From the IMG/VR virus record IMGVR_UViG_3300026183_000827: a DNA stretch of 64,000 nucleotides; one strand, written 5' to 3'. Source of the stretch: a virus. Made by a program: the position numbers and the translations under genes. The notes below the pieces were generated by a model, which saw only the letters and a program-made list of their open reading frames with translations, ran no database searches and was not told where the DNA came from. Of this stretch, positions 48,383 to 58,016 are shown piece after piece (positions within the stretch are counted from its first letter, which is position 1; each line of letters begins with the position of its first letter).

Positions 48383-51055
48383 ATGCCATACGTTGATGCG
48401 ATGTTCGATCGTGATCAAGATATTATACGTGTCGTAGAACGCCGTGACGGCAAAAGACACTATACAGAATATCCTGCAAAATATACATTTTACTATGAGG
48501 ATCCAAGAGGCAAGTACAAAAGTGTGTACGGCGATCCTCTTACACGCATTGTCTGTAAGAACACAAAAGACTTTCGCAAAGAAGTTGCTATAAACAAAAG
48601 CAAGAAATTGTTCGAAAGCGACATCAATCCAATCTTTCAATGTTTAAGTGAACACTATCTCAATCAAGATGCTCCTAAACTAAACATTGCGTTCTTTGAT
48701 ATCGAGACGGACTTTGATCCAGAGCGTGGGTTTGCTGATCCAGCAGACCCATTTATGCCCATTACATCTATAAGTGTATACTTACAGTGGATGGAAACAA
48801 TGGTATGTCTTGCTGTTCCACCCAAAACACTCACAATGGAGCAGGCAAAAGTAGAACTTGAAGGCATTGAAAATGTAATGCTGTTTGAGAAAGAAGGTGA
48901 CATGATTGACACGTTCTTAACACTGATTGAGGATGCTGATATTTTATCAGGTTGGAACAGTGAAGGTTATGATATCCCATATACTGTAAACAGAACAAGC
49001 CGTGTGTTATCTAAAGATGACACAAGACGTTTTTGTTTGTGGGGACAGTTGCCTAAGAAGCGTGAATATGAAAAATACGGAAAGCAAGCAGTTACATTTG
49101 ATCTAGTAGGTCGTGTACACTTAGACTCATTAGAACTATATCGCAAGTACACATATGAAGAACGTCACTCATATCGCTTGGATGCAATTGGTGAAATTGA
49201 AGTAGGCGAAAACAAAGTGCCATATGAAGGCACACTGGATCAGTTGTACAACAATGACTTCCGCAAGTTTATTGAATATAACATTCAGGATACTGCACTG
49301 CTAGACAAACTGGACAAGAAGCTACGCTTTATTGATCTAAGCAATAGCATTGCACACGAGAACACTGTGTTACTACAGACTACAATGGGTGCTGTTGCTG
49401 TTACAGAGCAAGGTATTATCAACGAAGCACACAACAGAGATTTGCGAGTACCTAACCGTCCAAAGCGTGATGACACAGAAAGCACACAAGCAGCAGGTGC
49501 GTATGTTGCGTTTCCTAAAAAAGGTTTGCACAAGTATATTGGTTCAATGGATTTGAATTCACTGTATCCATCAGTAATTCGTGCATTGAATATGGCTCCG
49601 GAAACTATTATAGGACAGATACGTCCTGAAATTACAGATGCTCGTGTACATGAAGATATGACACTAAAGAAAAAGTCATTTGCAGGTAGTTGGGAAGGAC
49701 GCTTTAATGTTGAAGAATACGACATAGTTATGGAGAAGCGCAAAGATGTTGCACTTACTGTTGATTGGGAAGATGGACGTTCAGACGTACTAAGTGGTGC
49801 AGAAATTTATCAACTTATTTTTGACAGTCAAATGCCATGGATGTTGAGTGCAAATGGCACAATCTTTACAACAGAGTTTGAAGGTGTTATTCCAGGTATT
49901 CTAAAGCGTTGGTATGCAGAACGTAAAGAACTACAAAAGAAACTTAAAAAAGCCAAAGACGCAGGTCTTGATGCGGAAATTGAGTATTGGGACAAACGAC
50001 AATTGGTTAAGAAAATTAATCTTAACAGTCTATATGGTGCTATTCTCAATCCTGGTTGTCGTTTCTTTGATAAACGCATTGGCCAGTCTACTACACTAAC
50101 AGGTAGACAAATTGTTAAGCATATGAGTGCAGAAGTTAACAAAGTTATTACAGGCGAATATGATCATGTAGGCAAAAGTGTTATCTATGGCGATACTGAT
50201 TCTGTGTATTTTAGTGCATGGCCTGCTCTCAAAGATGATGTAGAATCAGGCAAACTTGACTTTAATATTGACAAGTGTATTGCACTATATGACCAAGTGT
50301 GTGAACAAGCAAACACAACATTTCCAGACTTTATGGTGCGAGCATTTCACTGTCCAAAAACAAGAAGTGATGTTATTGCCGCAGGTAGAGAAATTGTTGC
50401 ACAAAGTGGACTGTATATTACTAAGAAGCGTTATGCGGCATTGGTAATTGATAATGAAGGATTCCGCACAGACGGTGACGGCAAGCCAGGCAAAGTAAAA
50501 GCAATGGGCTTGGATCTGCGTAGATCAGATACTCCTGTGTTTATGCAGAAGTTCCTGAGTGAATTGCTGCTAATGGTGCTTACTGATGTCCCACAAGAAG
50601 ATGTGCTACAGCGTATCACAGAATTCCGCAAAGAGTTTGAACAGCGTCCGGGATTTGAAAAGGGTTCGCCAAAACGTGCTAATAAAATTGGACACTATCA
50701 ACGTCTTGAAGAAAAGCAAGGTAAAGCAAATATGCCTGGACACGTAAGAGCAAGCATTAACTGGAACACACTCAAGCGTATGAACGGTGACAAGTATTCG
50801 CAAGAGATTGTAGATGGTATGAAAGTTATCGTTTGTAAACTCAAACCAAATCCACTAGGTTATACTAGTGTAGCATATCCAACAGATGAACTACGTTTGC
50901 CAGAGTGGTTCAAAGAACTTCCGTTTGATGATGCAGCAATGGCAGAAACAATTATTGATAACAAACTAGACAACTTGATCGGTGTGCTAAATTATCCTCT
51001 AGAAGATACAAAGCAACACAACACCTTCTCAAGTTTATTTGATTTTGGAGACTAG
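48383..51055 (+). CDS. Family B DNA polymerase (T4 gp43-like)
   Basis: FDIETD exonuclease motif, DLNSLYPS, KINLNSLYG, YGDTDS, KKRYA, and a C-terminal clamp-binding-like SLFDF. Confidence 0.97.
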   Translation: MPYVDAMFDRDQDIIRVVERRDGKRHYTEYPAKYTFYYEDPRGKYKSVYGDPLTRIVCKNTKDFRKEVAINKSKKLFESDINPIFQCLSEHYLNQDAPKLNIAFFDIETDFDPERGFADPADPFMPITSISVYLQWMETMVCLAVPPKTLTMEQAKVELEGIENVMLFEKEGDMIDTFLTLIEDADILSGWNSEGYDIPYTVNRTSRVLSKDDTRRFCLWGQLPKKREYEKYGKQAVTFDLVGRVHLDSLELYRKYTYEERHSYRLDAIGEIEVGENKVPYEGTLDQLYNNDFRKFIEYNIQDTALLDKLDKKLRFIDLSNSIAHENTVLLQTTMGAVAVTEQGIINEAHNRDLRVPNRPKRDDTESTQAAGAYVAFPKKGLHKYIGSMDLNSLYPSVIRALNMAPETIIGQIRPEITDARVHEDMTLKKKSFAGSWEGRFNVEEYDIVMEKRKDVALTVDWEDGRSDVLSGAEIYQLIFDSQMPWMLSANGTIFTTEFEGVIPGILKRWYAERKELQKKLKKAKDAGLDAEIEYWDKRQLVKKINLNSLYGAILNPGCRFFDKRIGQSTTLTGRQIVKHMSAEVNKVITGEYDHVGKSVIYGDTDSVYFSAWPALKDDVESGKLDFNIDKCIALYDQVCEQANTTFPDFMVRAFHCPKTRSDVIAAGREIVAQSGLYITKKRYAALVIDNEGFRTDGDGKPGKVKAMGLDLRRSDTPVFMQKFLSELLLMVLTDVPQEDVLQRITEFRKEFEQRPGFEKGSPKRANKIGHYQRLEEKQGKANMPGHVRASINWNTLKRMNGDKYSQEIVDGMKVIVCKLKPNPLGYTSVAYPTDELRLPEWFKELPFDDAAMAETIIDNKLDNLIGVLNYPLEDTKQHNTFSSLFDFGD

Positions 51056-51056
51056 T

Positions 51057-51635
51057 GTGACTAAAAGAATATATTCACATGAAATTGGTAAATGTACAAA
51101 AGTTTATAATAACGCTCTAGTATATATTCCAAAAAATGCATCTACTCTTTTACGAAATTGGTGTCAAAAGCAGACAGATACTAATATAAGCGATTCTAAT
51201 TATTTAGATTTTGAAGTTGACAAATATTATGTACTTATACGAGATCCTTTTGATAGATGGGTAAGCGGAGTAACAGAGTATTATTATAGAAATAAATTTC
51301 AAGTAGAACATATATTAGATCGTATAGAAATGATAGAATTTGACGAGCATACTACTCCACAAAATCAATTTTTAAATTTTGATTATACTAAAAATACTGT
51401 TTTTGTACCTATGGATAGAAAGGGAATAGGTTATTTAAATAATAAATTTTTAAAATATCCTCATCATCCTATAAACAAATATAATTCTAAAAGTAGCATA
51501 AGAAAAATAAAATTTAAAAATTTATTGTTAAAAAAAATACAAGAACAGCCTAGTTTAAAAGATAAAGTAATAGAATTTTATAAACAAGACTATGAAATTA
51601 TAGAAAATTACTTTGATAGGATTTCTATCTTATGA
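51057..51635 (+). CDS. Sulfotransferase family protein
   Basis: YIPKNAST, IRDPFDRWVSG, HTTPQ and FYKQDY motifs; GGAG RBS before GTG. Confidence 0.7.
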   Translation: MTKRIYSHEIGKCTKVYNNALVYIPKNASTLLRNWCQKQTDTNISDSNYLDFEVDKYYVLIRDPFDRWVSGVTEYYYRNKFQVEHILDRIEMIEFDEHTTPQNQFLNFDYTKNTVFVPMDRKGIGYLNNKFLKYPHHPINKYNSKSSIRKIKFKNLLLKKIQEQPSLKDKVIEFYKQDYEIIENYFDRISIL

Positions 51636-52021
51636 CAGAACACGAACAAATGATAAAAGACGAGTACAAAGAGACATCTAGAGAAAATCGTGCGTCTCAG
51701 CTTGCGGCAGAATTGTCAAAAGAACGTAAACGTCTTAAACAAGAGCTTGCAGAACTACAACACGAAGTTGAAGATCTAACACCTACAACACCTACTGGTA
51801 CAGTAGACTGGTATGTAAAATGGGTAAGTATGGTACTTGCTGTAATAGGTGTATTTTCAATTAGTGCAGGATTTACTATGTATGGACAAATAGCATATAT
51901 TCTTAGTTCAATAGGCTGGGTATTTGTAGGTATGCAATGGAGTGATAGAGCAATTATGATAGGATCTAGTATTAGCGGCACAGCAGTTGCTATGAATCTA
52001 GTCCAAGGACTAACACAATGA
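51632..52021 (+). CDS. Membrane protein (coiled coil plus TM helices)
   Basis: Hydrophobic C-terminal half. Confidence 0.7.
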   Translation: MTEHEQMIKDEYKETSRENRASQLAAELSKERKRLKQELAELQHEVEDLTPTTPTGTVDWYVKWVSMVLAVIGVFSISAGFTMYGQIAYILSSIGWVFVGMQWSDRAIMIGSSISGTAVAMNLVQGLTQ

Positions 52022-52125
52022 AAATAAAAGTAGAAGTAGAATTTGATACAGAAAAAACACAAGACGAAGAACTAATGCAAAAGCTATTAGAACTTCTTGA
52101 AGAATTAAGGGAGCAGTTAGAATGA
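52018..52125 (+). CDS. Small hypothetical protein (35 aa), not in ORF track
   Basis: ATGA-coupled at both ends; MKIKVEVEFDTE... Confidence 0.6.
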   Translation: MKIKVEVEFDTEKTQDEELMQKLLELLEELREQLE

Positions 52126-52568
52126 AAGTAGGATTTACTTGTTCAACTTTTGATTTGCTACACGCAGGTCATGTACAAATGTTACGAGAAGCAAAAGATC
52201 AGTGTGATTATTTAATATGCGGATTACAAGTAGATCCAAACTTAGATAGATCTGAGAAGAACTCTCCTATACAAACTATTGTTGAACGTTACACACAACT
52301 CAAAGCAGTTGGTTACGTAGATGAAATTATTCCGTATGGTACTGAAAGAGACCTAGAAGATATCTTGACAATGTATCATATTGATGTTAGAATATTAGGA
52401 GAAGAGTATAGAGACAAAACGTTTACCGGTAGAGCTATATGTGCTAAACGTGGAATTGAACTATATTTTAATAAACGTGATCATAGATTTTCATCTAGCG
52501 ATCTAAGAGCAAGAGTTGCAGAAAGACATACACATGGGAATGAATTCAGTCGGCAGAAAACTAAGTGA
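52122..52568 (+). CDS. tagD: Glycerol-3-phosphate cytidylyltransferase-like
   Basis: STFDLLHAGH and RDHRFSSSDLR motifs. Confidence 0.88.
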   Translation: MKVGFTCSTFDLLHAGHVQMLREAKDQCDYLICGLQVDPNLDRSEKNSPIQTIVERYTQLKAVGYVDEIIPYGTERDLEDILTMYHIDVRILGEEYRDKTFTGRAICAKRGIELYFNKRDHRFSSSDLRARVAERHTHGNEFSRQKTK

Positions 52569-52707
52569 CGAAGATCAAAAATTAGTTGATGAGTATTTAA
52601 AAAAAGGTGGGACTATTAAAAAAGGTGTAAGTGGTCAACGAACCGAAGATATTGAATTTAAAAACGGATTTTACGGTAAACGTAAAAAACAAAGTAAGGC
52701 AGAGTAA
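52534..52707 (+). CDS. Small hypothetical protein
   Basis: EYLKKGGTIKK motif common in small phage proteins. Confidence 0.55.
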   Translation: MGMNSVGRKLSDEDQKLVDEYLKKGGTIKKGVSGQRTEDIEFKNGFYGKRKKQSKAE

Positions 52708-52709
52708 CA

Positions 52710-52850
52710 ATGAAGTATTTTTTTATATTATTAGCATTTATCTTAGGATGGATTGCAGGAACATATACACATCCTTATGAACAATGCAAACGTGTGTATG
52801 TTATAGCCGAAGATATTGGCGAATGCGTTTGGCTTAAGGAAGATCTTTGA
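52710..52850 (+). CDS. Small exported or membrane protein (46 aa), not in ORF track
   Basis: MKYFFILLAFILGWIAG hydrophobic N-terminus; two Cys. Confidence 0.55.
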   Translation: MKYFFILLAFILGWIAGTYTHPYEQCKRVYVIAEDIGECVWLKEDL

Positions 52851-53014
52851 TGTGGACACTTTGGATTGTTAGCACTATTATCGGAAGTGCAGAACCTAAA
52901 TACACTCGCTATGATACATATGAAACTAAAATGGCTTGCCAAATAGAGTGGCATCTTGTTACTATGGATTTTACTGAAGACGAAGTAGCGTATTGTGAAG
53001 GACCAGATGAATAA
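52850..53014 (+). CDS. Small hypothetical protein (54 aa), not in ORF track
   Basis: TGATG-coupled; MWTLWIVS...C...C. Confidence 0.55.
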   Translation: MWTLWIVSTIIGSAEPKYTRYDTYETKMACQIEWHLVTMDFTEDEVAYCEGPDE

Positions 53015-53714
53015 ATTTATTTTTGATGTAGACGGAACACTAACTCCTAGTAGAGGAAAGATAGATAAAGAATTTGCAGCATGGTTTGAGCATTTTGCAA
53101 CACATAATGCTTGCTATTTTGTAACCGGATCTGATAAGATAAAAACAGTTGAGCAAATAGGTTTACCGATTTATAATCTCGCTATTAGAGTTTATAATTG
53201 CAACGGTAATGATGTTTGGGAACAGAACGTAAATGTTCGTACAAATGAATGGATACTACCTGAAGATGCACATGCATATTTGAGTGACGAACTTTGTGCA
53301 AGTGCATTTCCTTTGCGTACAGGATTACACTTTGAACATCGGCCAGGTATGTGTAATTTTAGTGTTGTAGGACGCAATGCTACACAAAAACAACGTGCAG
53401 AGTATGTAACCTGGGATAAAGATTTTGACGAACGTGTTTATATTGCTCATAACTTTAATCAACTGTTTCCAGAGCTTGAAGCAAAAGTAGGTGGCGAAAC
53501 AGGAATTGATATTGCACCAAAAGGAGCAGACAAAAGTCAAATTTTAAATGACTTTGATAAAGATGATGTTATTGTGTTCTTTGGCGATGCAATGCACCAA
53601 AACGGTAACGATTATCCATTAGCACAGGCTAATATAAAAGGAGAAAATTATCATGTGCAAGATTGGAAAGACACATGGAGGAAATTAAATGAAAATTTTA
53701 ATAACAGGTCATAA
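53007..53714 (+). CDS. HAD-family phosphomannomutase (eukaryote-type PMM fold)
   Basis: FDVDGTLT, VTGSD, NFSVVGR, GGETGIDI and FFGD...GNDY motifs. Confidence 0.88.
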   Translation: MNKFIFDVDGTLTPSRGKIDKEFAAWFEHFATHNACYFVTGSDKIKTVEQIGLPIYNLAIRVYNCNGNDVWEQNVNVRTNEWILPEDAHAYLSDELCASAFPLRTGLHFEHRPGMCNFSVVGRNATQKQRAEYVTWDKDFDERVYIAHNFNQLFPELEAKVGGETGIDIAPKGADKSQILNDFDKDDVIVFFGDAMHQNGNDYPLAQANIKGENYHVQDWKDTWRKLNENFNNRS

Positions 53715-54414
53715 AGGATTTATAGGCACACAGCTTTGTAAGTTCTTAAAAGACTACGATATTATAGGTCTTGATGTAAAAGAACATGAAGATCAAGATA
53801 TACTAACTTGCGAATTACCTGATGTAGATATGGTTATACACCTTGCTGGTATAGGCGGTGTTAGAGAAAGCATGGACAATCCAAAACGCTATTGGTATAA
53901 TAATGTAGAAGGCACAAAACGTATACTAGAAAGATATAAAAATATTCGTGTATTAGTTGCTGGATCCAGTTCGCAATACGAACCACATCTTAATCCTTAT
54001 GCTGCAAGCAAAAATATAATAGAATACATTCCTCACTCTAATGTTTGTTTTATGCGATTTCATACTGTTTACGGTGATATTCCTAGAGCAAATATGTTTT
54101 TTGACAAACTGTTAAACAATAAGCTTGAATATGTTACTAATCATGAAAGAGATTTTATACACATAGAAGATTTGTGCAATGCTATTGGAATGATTATGAA
54201 CGACAATAGAATACAAGGTCCTATTGATATTGGCACCGGAACTTGTGTAAAAATTTCAAATATAAGACCAGATTTGCCTATTCGCCTAAATACACCGGGG
54301 GAAAGACAAAGGACACAAGCTAATATTATGAAATTGTCAAGTTTAGGTTGGAAACCAAAACACACTGTAAAAGAATTTTTAAAAAATAAAGGTTTCTTGT
54401 ATGAAGAAATTTGA
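53689..54414 (+). CDS. NAD-dependent sugar epimerase/dehydratase
   Basis: ITGHKGFIG, YAASK and RDFIHIED motifs. Confidence 0.9.
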   Translation: MKILITGHKGFIGTQLCKFLKDYDIIGLDVKEHEDQDILTCELPDVDMVIHLAGIGGVRESMDNPKRYWYNNVEGTKRILERYKNIRVLVAGSSSQYEPHLNPYAASKNIIEYIPHSNVCFMRFHTVYGDIPRANMFFDKLLNNKLEYVTNHERDFIHIEDLCNAIGMIMNDNRIQGPIDIGTGTCVKISNIRPDLPIRLNTPGERQRTQANIMKLSSLGWKPKHTVKEFLKNKGFLYEEI

Positions 54415-54955
54415 TGCAGTTTTGTTAGTTGATTGTTGGACTCCGAATTTTTGGAAAGACGATGAAAGAGCAAGAAAACAAAAAAAGTTTCACAATAGTC
54501 TTTTATCATTTTTAAGAACACAAGAATTTGATCAAGTGTTATTTGCAACAAAAGGCTTACCTGAAACCCAAACTGATCCTCGTTTAAAATATAAATTACA
54601 TAGCAAAACAAAATCTAATAGCGAATTACATATTGAAGATATTGTTTCGTATTACGATTTGTACAAAAATTTGCAAGATAAAAGTAATATACTTTTAGGT
54701 GGCGCAGCATGGCAAATGTGTGTTCACGGAAATCATATAGGATTGTATGAATTAATGGATGAAAAAAATCTTACAATTCTTTCACATCCTTCTATGGTAG
54801 ATAGTTTTATTGACGACGAAGAGCCTGTTACTAAACAAGACTTTGAAAATGATTGGATGATTACATGGTTCGAACGTGGCGATGGTTTTTATCATGCCAG
54901 TCATAGAAAGCATATAACAAAGTCTTTTAGAAAAATTGATGTTGACAAAACATAA
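54401..54955 (+). CDS. Hypothetical protein (weakly isochorismatase-like)
   Basis: VLLVDCW...LLGGAAWQMCV. Confidence 0.55.
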   Translation: MKKFDAVLLVDCWTPNFWKDDERARKQKKFHNSLLSFLRTQEFDQVLFATKGLPETQTDPRLKYKLHSKTKSNSELHIEDIVSYYDLYKNLQDKSNILLGGAAWQMCVHGNHIGLYELMDEKNLTILSHPSMVDSFIDDEEPVTKQDFENDWMITWFERGDGFYHASHRKHITKSFRKIDVDKT

Positions 54956-54970
54956 AAAATGTAATATAAT
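54942..54970 (+). promoter_or_regulatory. Sigma70 consensus promoter
   Basis: TTGACA-17 nt-TATAAT. Confidence 0.85.
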
Positions 54971-54995
54971 AAATTAAATCAATGGAGAAATACAA

Positions 54996-55724
54996 ATGAA
55001 AGATATTTTACAAGACGTAGTAGCACATACTCATGCACTAGGATTTCTTAGTCTAGTTAAAGTTAGCAACGACGAAGGCACAGCAATTGATTCAATGGCA
55101 GAAGACCGTAGTGTTATTTTGTCAGCAGAAACACATTCACCCGTAGCAGAGTTTGTAGGCACATTTGGTATGCCTAACTTAGATAAACTTGCATTGCATT
55201 TAAAAAATCCAGAGTACAAAGACAATGCAAAAATTGATGTAGTACAAGCAGAACGCAACGGCGAAACTATTCCAACACACATTCACTTTGAAAATGCAGC
55301 AGGCGATTTTGAAAATGATTACCGCTTTATGAATAAAGCAATCATTGAAGAAAAACTAAAAACTGTTAAGTTCAAAGGCGCAAGTTGGAATGTAACACTA
55401 CAACCTAGTGTAGCAAGCATTGCACGTATGAAGCTCATGAGTGCAGCACATAGTGAAGAGCCTACATTCAATGTTAAAACTGTAGACGGTAACTTAGTAT
55501 TTTCGTTTGGTGATGCTAGTACACACGCAGGTGAGTTTGTATTCCAACACGGTGTAGAAGGTGCGCTACAACACATCTGGAGTTGGCCAGTAGCGCAGGT
55601 ACAAAGTATTTTGAGCTTAGACGGCGATTTGACCATGAGCATTTCAGATCAAGGTGCTATGAAGATTAGCGTAAACTCAGGTATGGCAACATACGATTAC
55701 ATCCTACCAGCACAGAGTAAGTAA
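54996..55724 (+). CDS. Probable sliding clamp (gp45/PCNA-like)
   Basis: 242 aa with a two-domain alpha/beta pattern and C-terminal YxYILPA; clamp loader and polB are in the same window. Confidence 0.65.
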   Translation: MKDILQDVVAHTHALGFLSLVKVSNDEGTAIDSMAEDRSVILSAETHSPVAEFVGTFGMPNLDKLALHLKNPEYKDNAKIDVVQAERNGETIPTHIHFENAAGDFENDYRFMNKAIIEEKLKTVKFKGASWNVTLQPSVASIARMKLMSAAHSEEPTFNVKTVDGNLVFSFGDASTHAGEFVFQHGVEGALQHIWSWPVAQVQSILSLDGDLTMSISDQGAMKISVNSGMATYDYILPAQSK

Positions 55725-55727
55725 AAT

Positions 55728-57275
55728 ATGCGCAAAGACTTAACTGCATCACAAAATGACTACGCTAGATTTCTCCCAGCACTAAGTGGCTTCTATGCCA
55801 CTTACGTGGGCAAACAGCGTTATAACGAATATGTAGATAAGTCACGTATCCCTTCAAACTTTACACACGGTGTAGAGAGTTTAAACTATCTTAACAAGCA
55901 AGAAGGTCAATTCCAGTACCAGTGGACACTTTACTCTGCAGGACACGCTGAACTAGACATTAACAAACATGCACCTAAAGAAGATATGGTGCGTAATAGA
56001 GATAGACAAAACTCTTGGATACTAGGCGACTCAGGTGGTTTCCAGATTGGTAAAGGCGTGTGGGAAGGTGACTGGAAGAATCCTAATTGTCCTAAAGCAC
56101 AAAAGAAAAGAGAACAAGTTCTCCGTTGGATGGATGCTTATATGGACTATGGTATGATCCTTGATATTCCTGCCTGGGTATGTCGCTCGCCTGCGGGTAG
56201 AGAAGCAACTGGTATTACTAGTTATATGGAAGCTGTTGAAGGCACATACATTAACAATGACTACTGGATTGCTAATCGTACAGGTGCTTGTAAGTTCTTA
56301 AATGTTCTACAGGGTGAGAATCACGCTGAAGCAGATGACTGGTATGATCGTATGAAAAAGTACTGTGATCCTAAGCAGTATCCAGACAATCACTTTAATG
56401 GTTGGGCAATGGGTGGACAGAATATGTGTGATGTACATCTAGTGCTTAAACGTATTGTAACTATGCATTTTGACGGTTTGCTAGAAAAAGGCATTCACGA
56501 TGTAATGCACTTCTTAGGAACATCAAAGCTAGAGTGGGCTTGTTTGCTTACTGACATTCAACGTGCTGTACGGAAAAACTATAATGAAAACTTTACTATT
56601 ACCTTTGACTGTGCTAGTCCTTTCCTCGCAACCGCGAACGGACAGATCTACATTCAAAACGAAACTGAAGACAGAAGCAAATGGACGTATCGTATGGTGC
56701 CGTCAGTTGACGATAAGAAATATGCTACAGACAACCGTATCTTTAGAGACGCTGTTATATCAGATGGGATATTTAAAAACTTTGAAGACTCACCGCTTAC
56801 CGCTGAACTCAAAGTATCAGACGTTTGCACTTATGCTCCAGGAGACTTAAATAAAATAGGTAAAGAAGGAAAGACATCGTGGGATAGTTTTAGTTACGCT
56901 ATCCAAATGGGACATAATGTGTGGAGCCACATAAATGCAGTGCAAGAAGCTAACAGACAATACGACAATGGATGCATTCCGAGAATGCTTGTCCAAGAAC
57001 GTTTTGATAGAATCTTGTTCAAAGATGTTGTGAACGAAATTTTTGCAAAAGACAATAAAGACGCTGCTCTTGCACTAATTGAAGAATATTCTAAGTTTTG
57101 GATGGCTATTCCAGGTACACGAGGTGCAGTAGGTAAGAAAACTGTAAACGCTAGTACACACTTTAATGCGCTTTTTGACGTAGAAGAACCAGAGACAGAA
57201 AATGATCACGAAGATGGTTTATTCACAGAAGCAGAGGAACATAAATTGGAGGAAATGGAGAATGAGCAACTATGA
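55728..57275 (+). CDS. dpdA: TGT-family guanine transglycosylase (DpdA-like, 7-deazaguanine insertion)
   Basis: GDSGGFQ, LDIP, VLQG, GWAMGG, HFLG and TFDCASP motifs; QueD-like and FolE genes nearby. Confidence 0.8.
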   Translation: MRKDLTASQNDYARFLPALSGFYATYVGKQRYNEYVDKSRIPSNFTHGVESLNYLNKQEGQFQYQWTLYSAGHAELDINKHAPKEDMVRNRDRQNSWILGDSGGFQIGKGVWEGDWKNPNCPKAQKKREQVLRWMDAYMDYGMILDIPAWVCRSPAGREATGITSYMEAVEGTYINNDYWIANRTGACKFLNVLQGENHAEADDWYDRMKKYCDPKQYPDNHFNGWAMGGQNMCDVHLVLKRIVTMHFDGLLEKGIHDVMHFLGTSKLEWACLLTDIQRAVRKNYNENFTITFDCASPFLATANGQIYIQNETEDRSKWTYRMVPSVDDKKYATDNRIFRDAVISDGIFKNFEDSPLTAELKVSDVCTYAPGDLNKIGKEGKTSWDSFSYAIQMGHNVWSHINAVQEANRQYDNGCIPRMLVQERFDRILFKDVVNEIFAKDNKDAALALIEEYSKFWMAIPGTRGAVGKKTVNASTHFNALFDVEEPETENDHEDGLFTEAEEHKLEEMENEQL

Positions 57276-57471
57276 AACAGAAGAAGATAAACTTCGAGCT
57301 CATTACGAGGAATTAGAGAGAAAACATAGAGAACTTGACAACGAGCTAATCGAACGTTATAATAATCAAACAGTAACAGACGAAGTTCGTAGAATGAAAA
57401 CTATGAAACTCTATTTAAAAGACGAAATGCATCGTATTAACGCTTACTTGATACAAAAAGGCTTAGAATGA
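57262..57471 (+). CDS. Small coiled-coil protein (DUF465-like)
   Basis: HRELDNEL...KLYLKDEM. Confidence 0.65.
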   Translation: MSNYETEEDKLRAHYEELERKHRELDNELIERYNNQTVTDEVRRMKTMKLYLKDEMHRINAYLIQKGLE

Positions 57472-57998
57472 AAAGAGATTACGAAAACGGTGAACACGAC
57501 GATGTTGTGTTCTTTACAGGCATTGAAGTAGAACGTACACCTGCTTACGGCAAGAAAACACTATTTGTAACTGGCGTTCAAGATATTGAAACAGTGTTTG
57601 AACATTTTGCAACACAAGAATGTGAGCATATTTTCTTTGGTGCTAATCATAGTTTTAATCCTGGCGTTAATTTTCCAAAAGATGCAGATGCATGGGAAGA
57701 ATGGGAAAACATGATTGAATACTTTTTAGAAAAGGGTGTACCTTGTACACTAGATGTTCCGTTCAGTCACGCAGAAGCATTACTAGAAACTACAATGATT
57801 GAAACAGATTTGTTTATTCCACAAATCCGCATTCCACTTCCTTACATCAAGCAATATAATTATAACACTATGATTAAAATCGATGACAGAGATTTTAAAG
57901 CAACTAATCCAGGTGTTTGGTGTCATAGACTACACAATCTAATGGACGATAAAAAATTCACTGATTGGAGTGAATACGAACTTGACAAACCTCTATAA
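57468..57998 (+). CDS. Hypothetical protein in the deazaguanine locus
   Basis: ATGA-coupled 176-aa ORF (GIEVE...HIFFGANHS). Confidence 0.75.
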   Translation: MKRDYENGEHDDVVFFTGIEVERTPAYGKKTLFVTGVQDIETVFEHFATQECEHIFFGANHSFNPGVNFPKDADAWEEWENMIEYFLEKGVPCTLDVPFSHAEALLETTMIETDLFIPQIRIPLPYIKQYNYNTMIKIDDRDFKATNPGVWCHRLHNLMDDKKFTDWSEYELDKPL

Positions 57999-58010
57999 AG
58001 AAAGTATAGT
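57982..58010 (+). promoter_or_regulatory. Sigma70-type promoter
   Basis: TTGACA-17 nt-TATAGT, with the ATG 6 nt downstream. Confidence 0.7.
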
Positions 58011-58016
58011 AATAAT

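Noticed and set aside
25213-51055. Introns or inteins in thyA, clpA or polB
   Set aside because: All are continuous and of ordinary length, with no intein or homing-endonuclease motifs seen.
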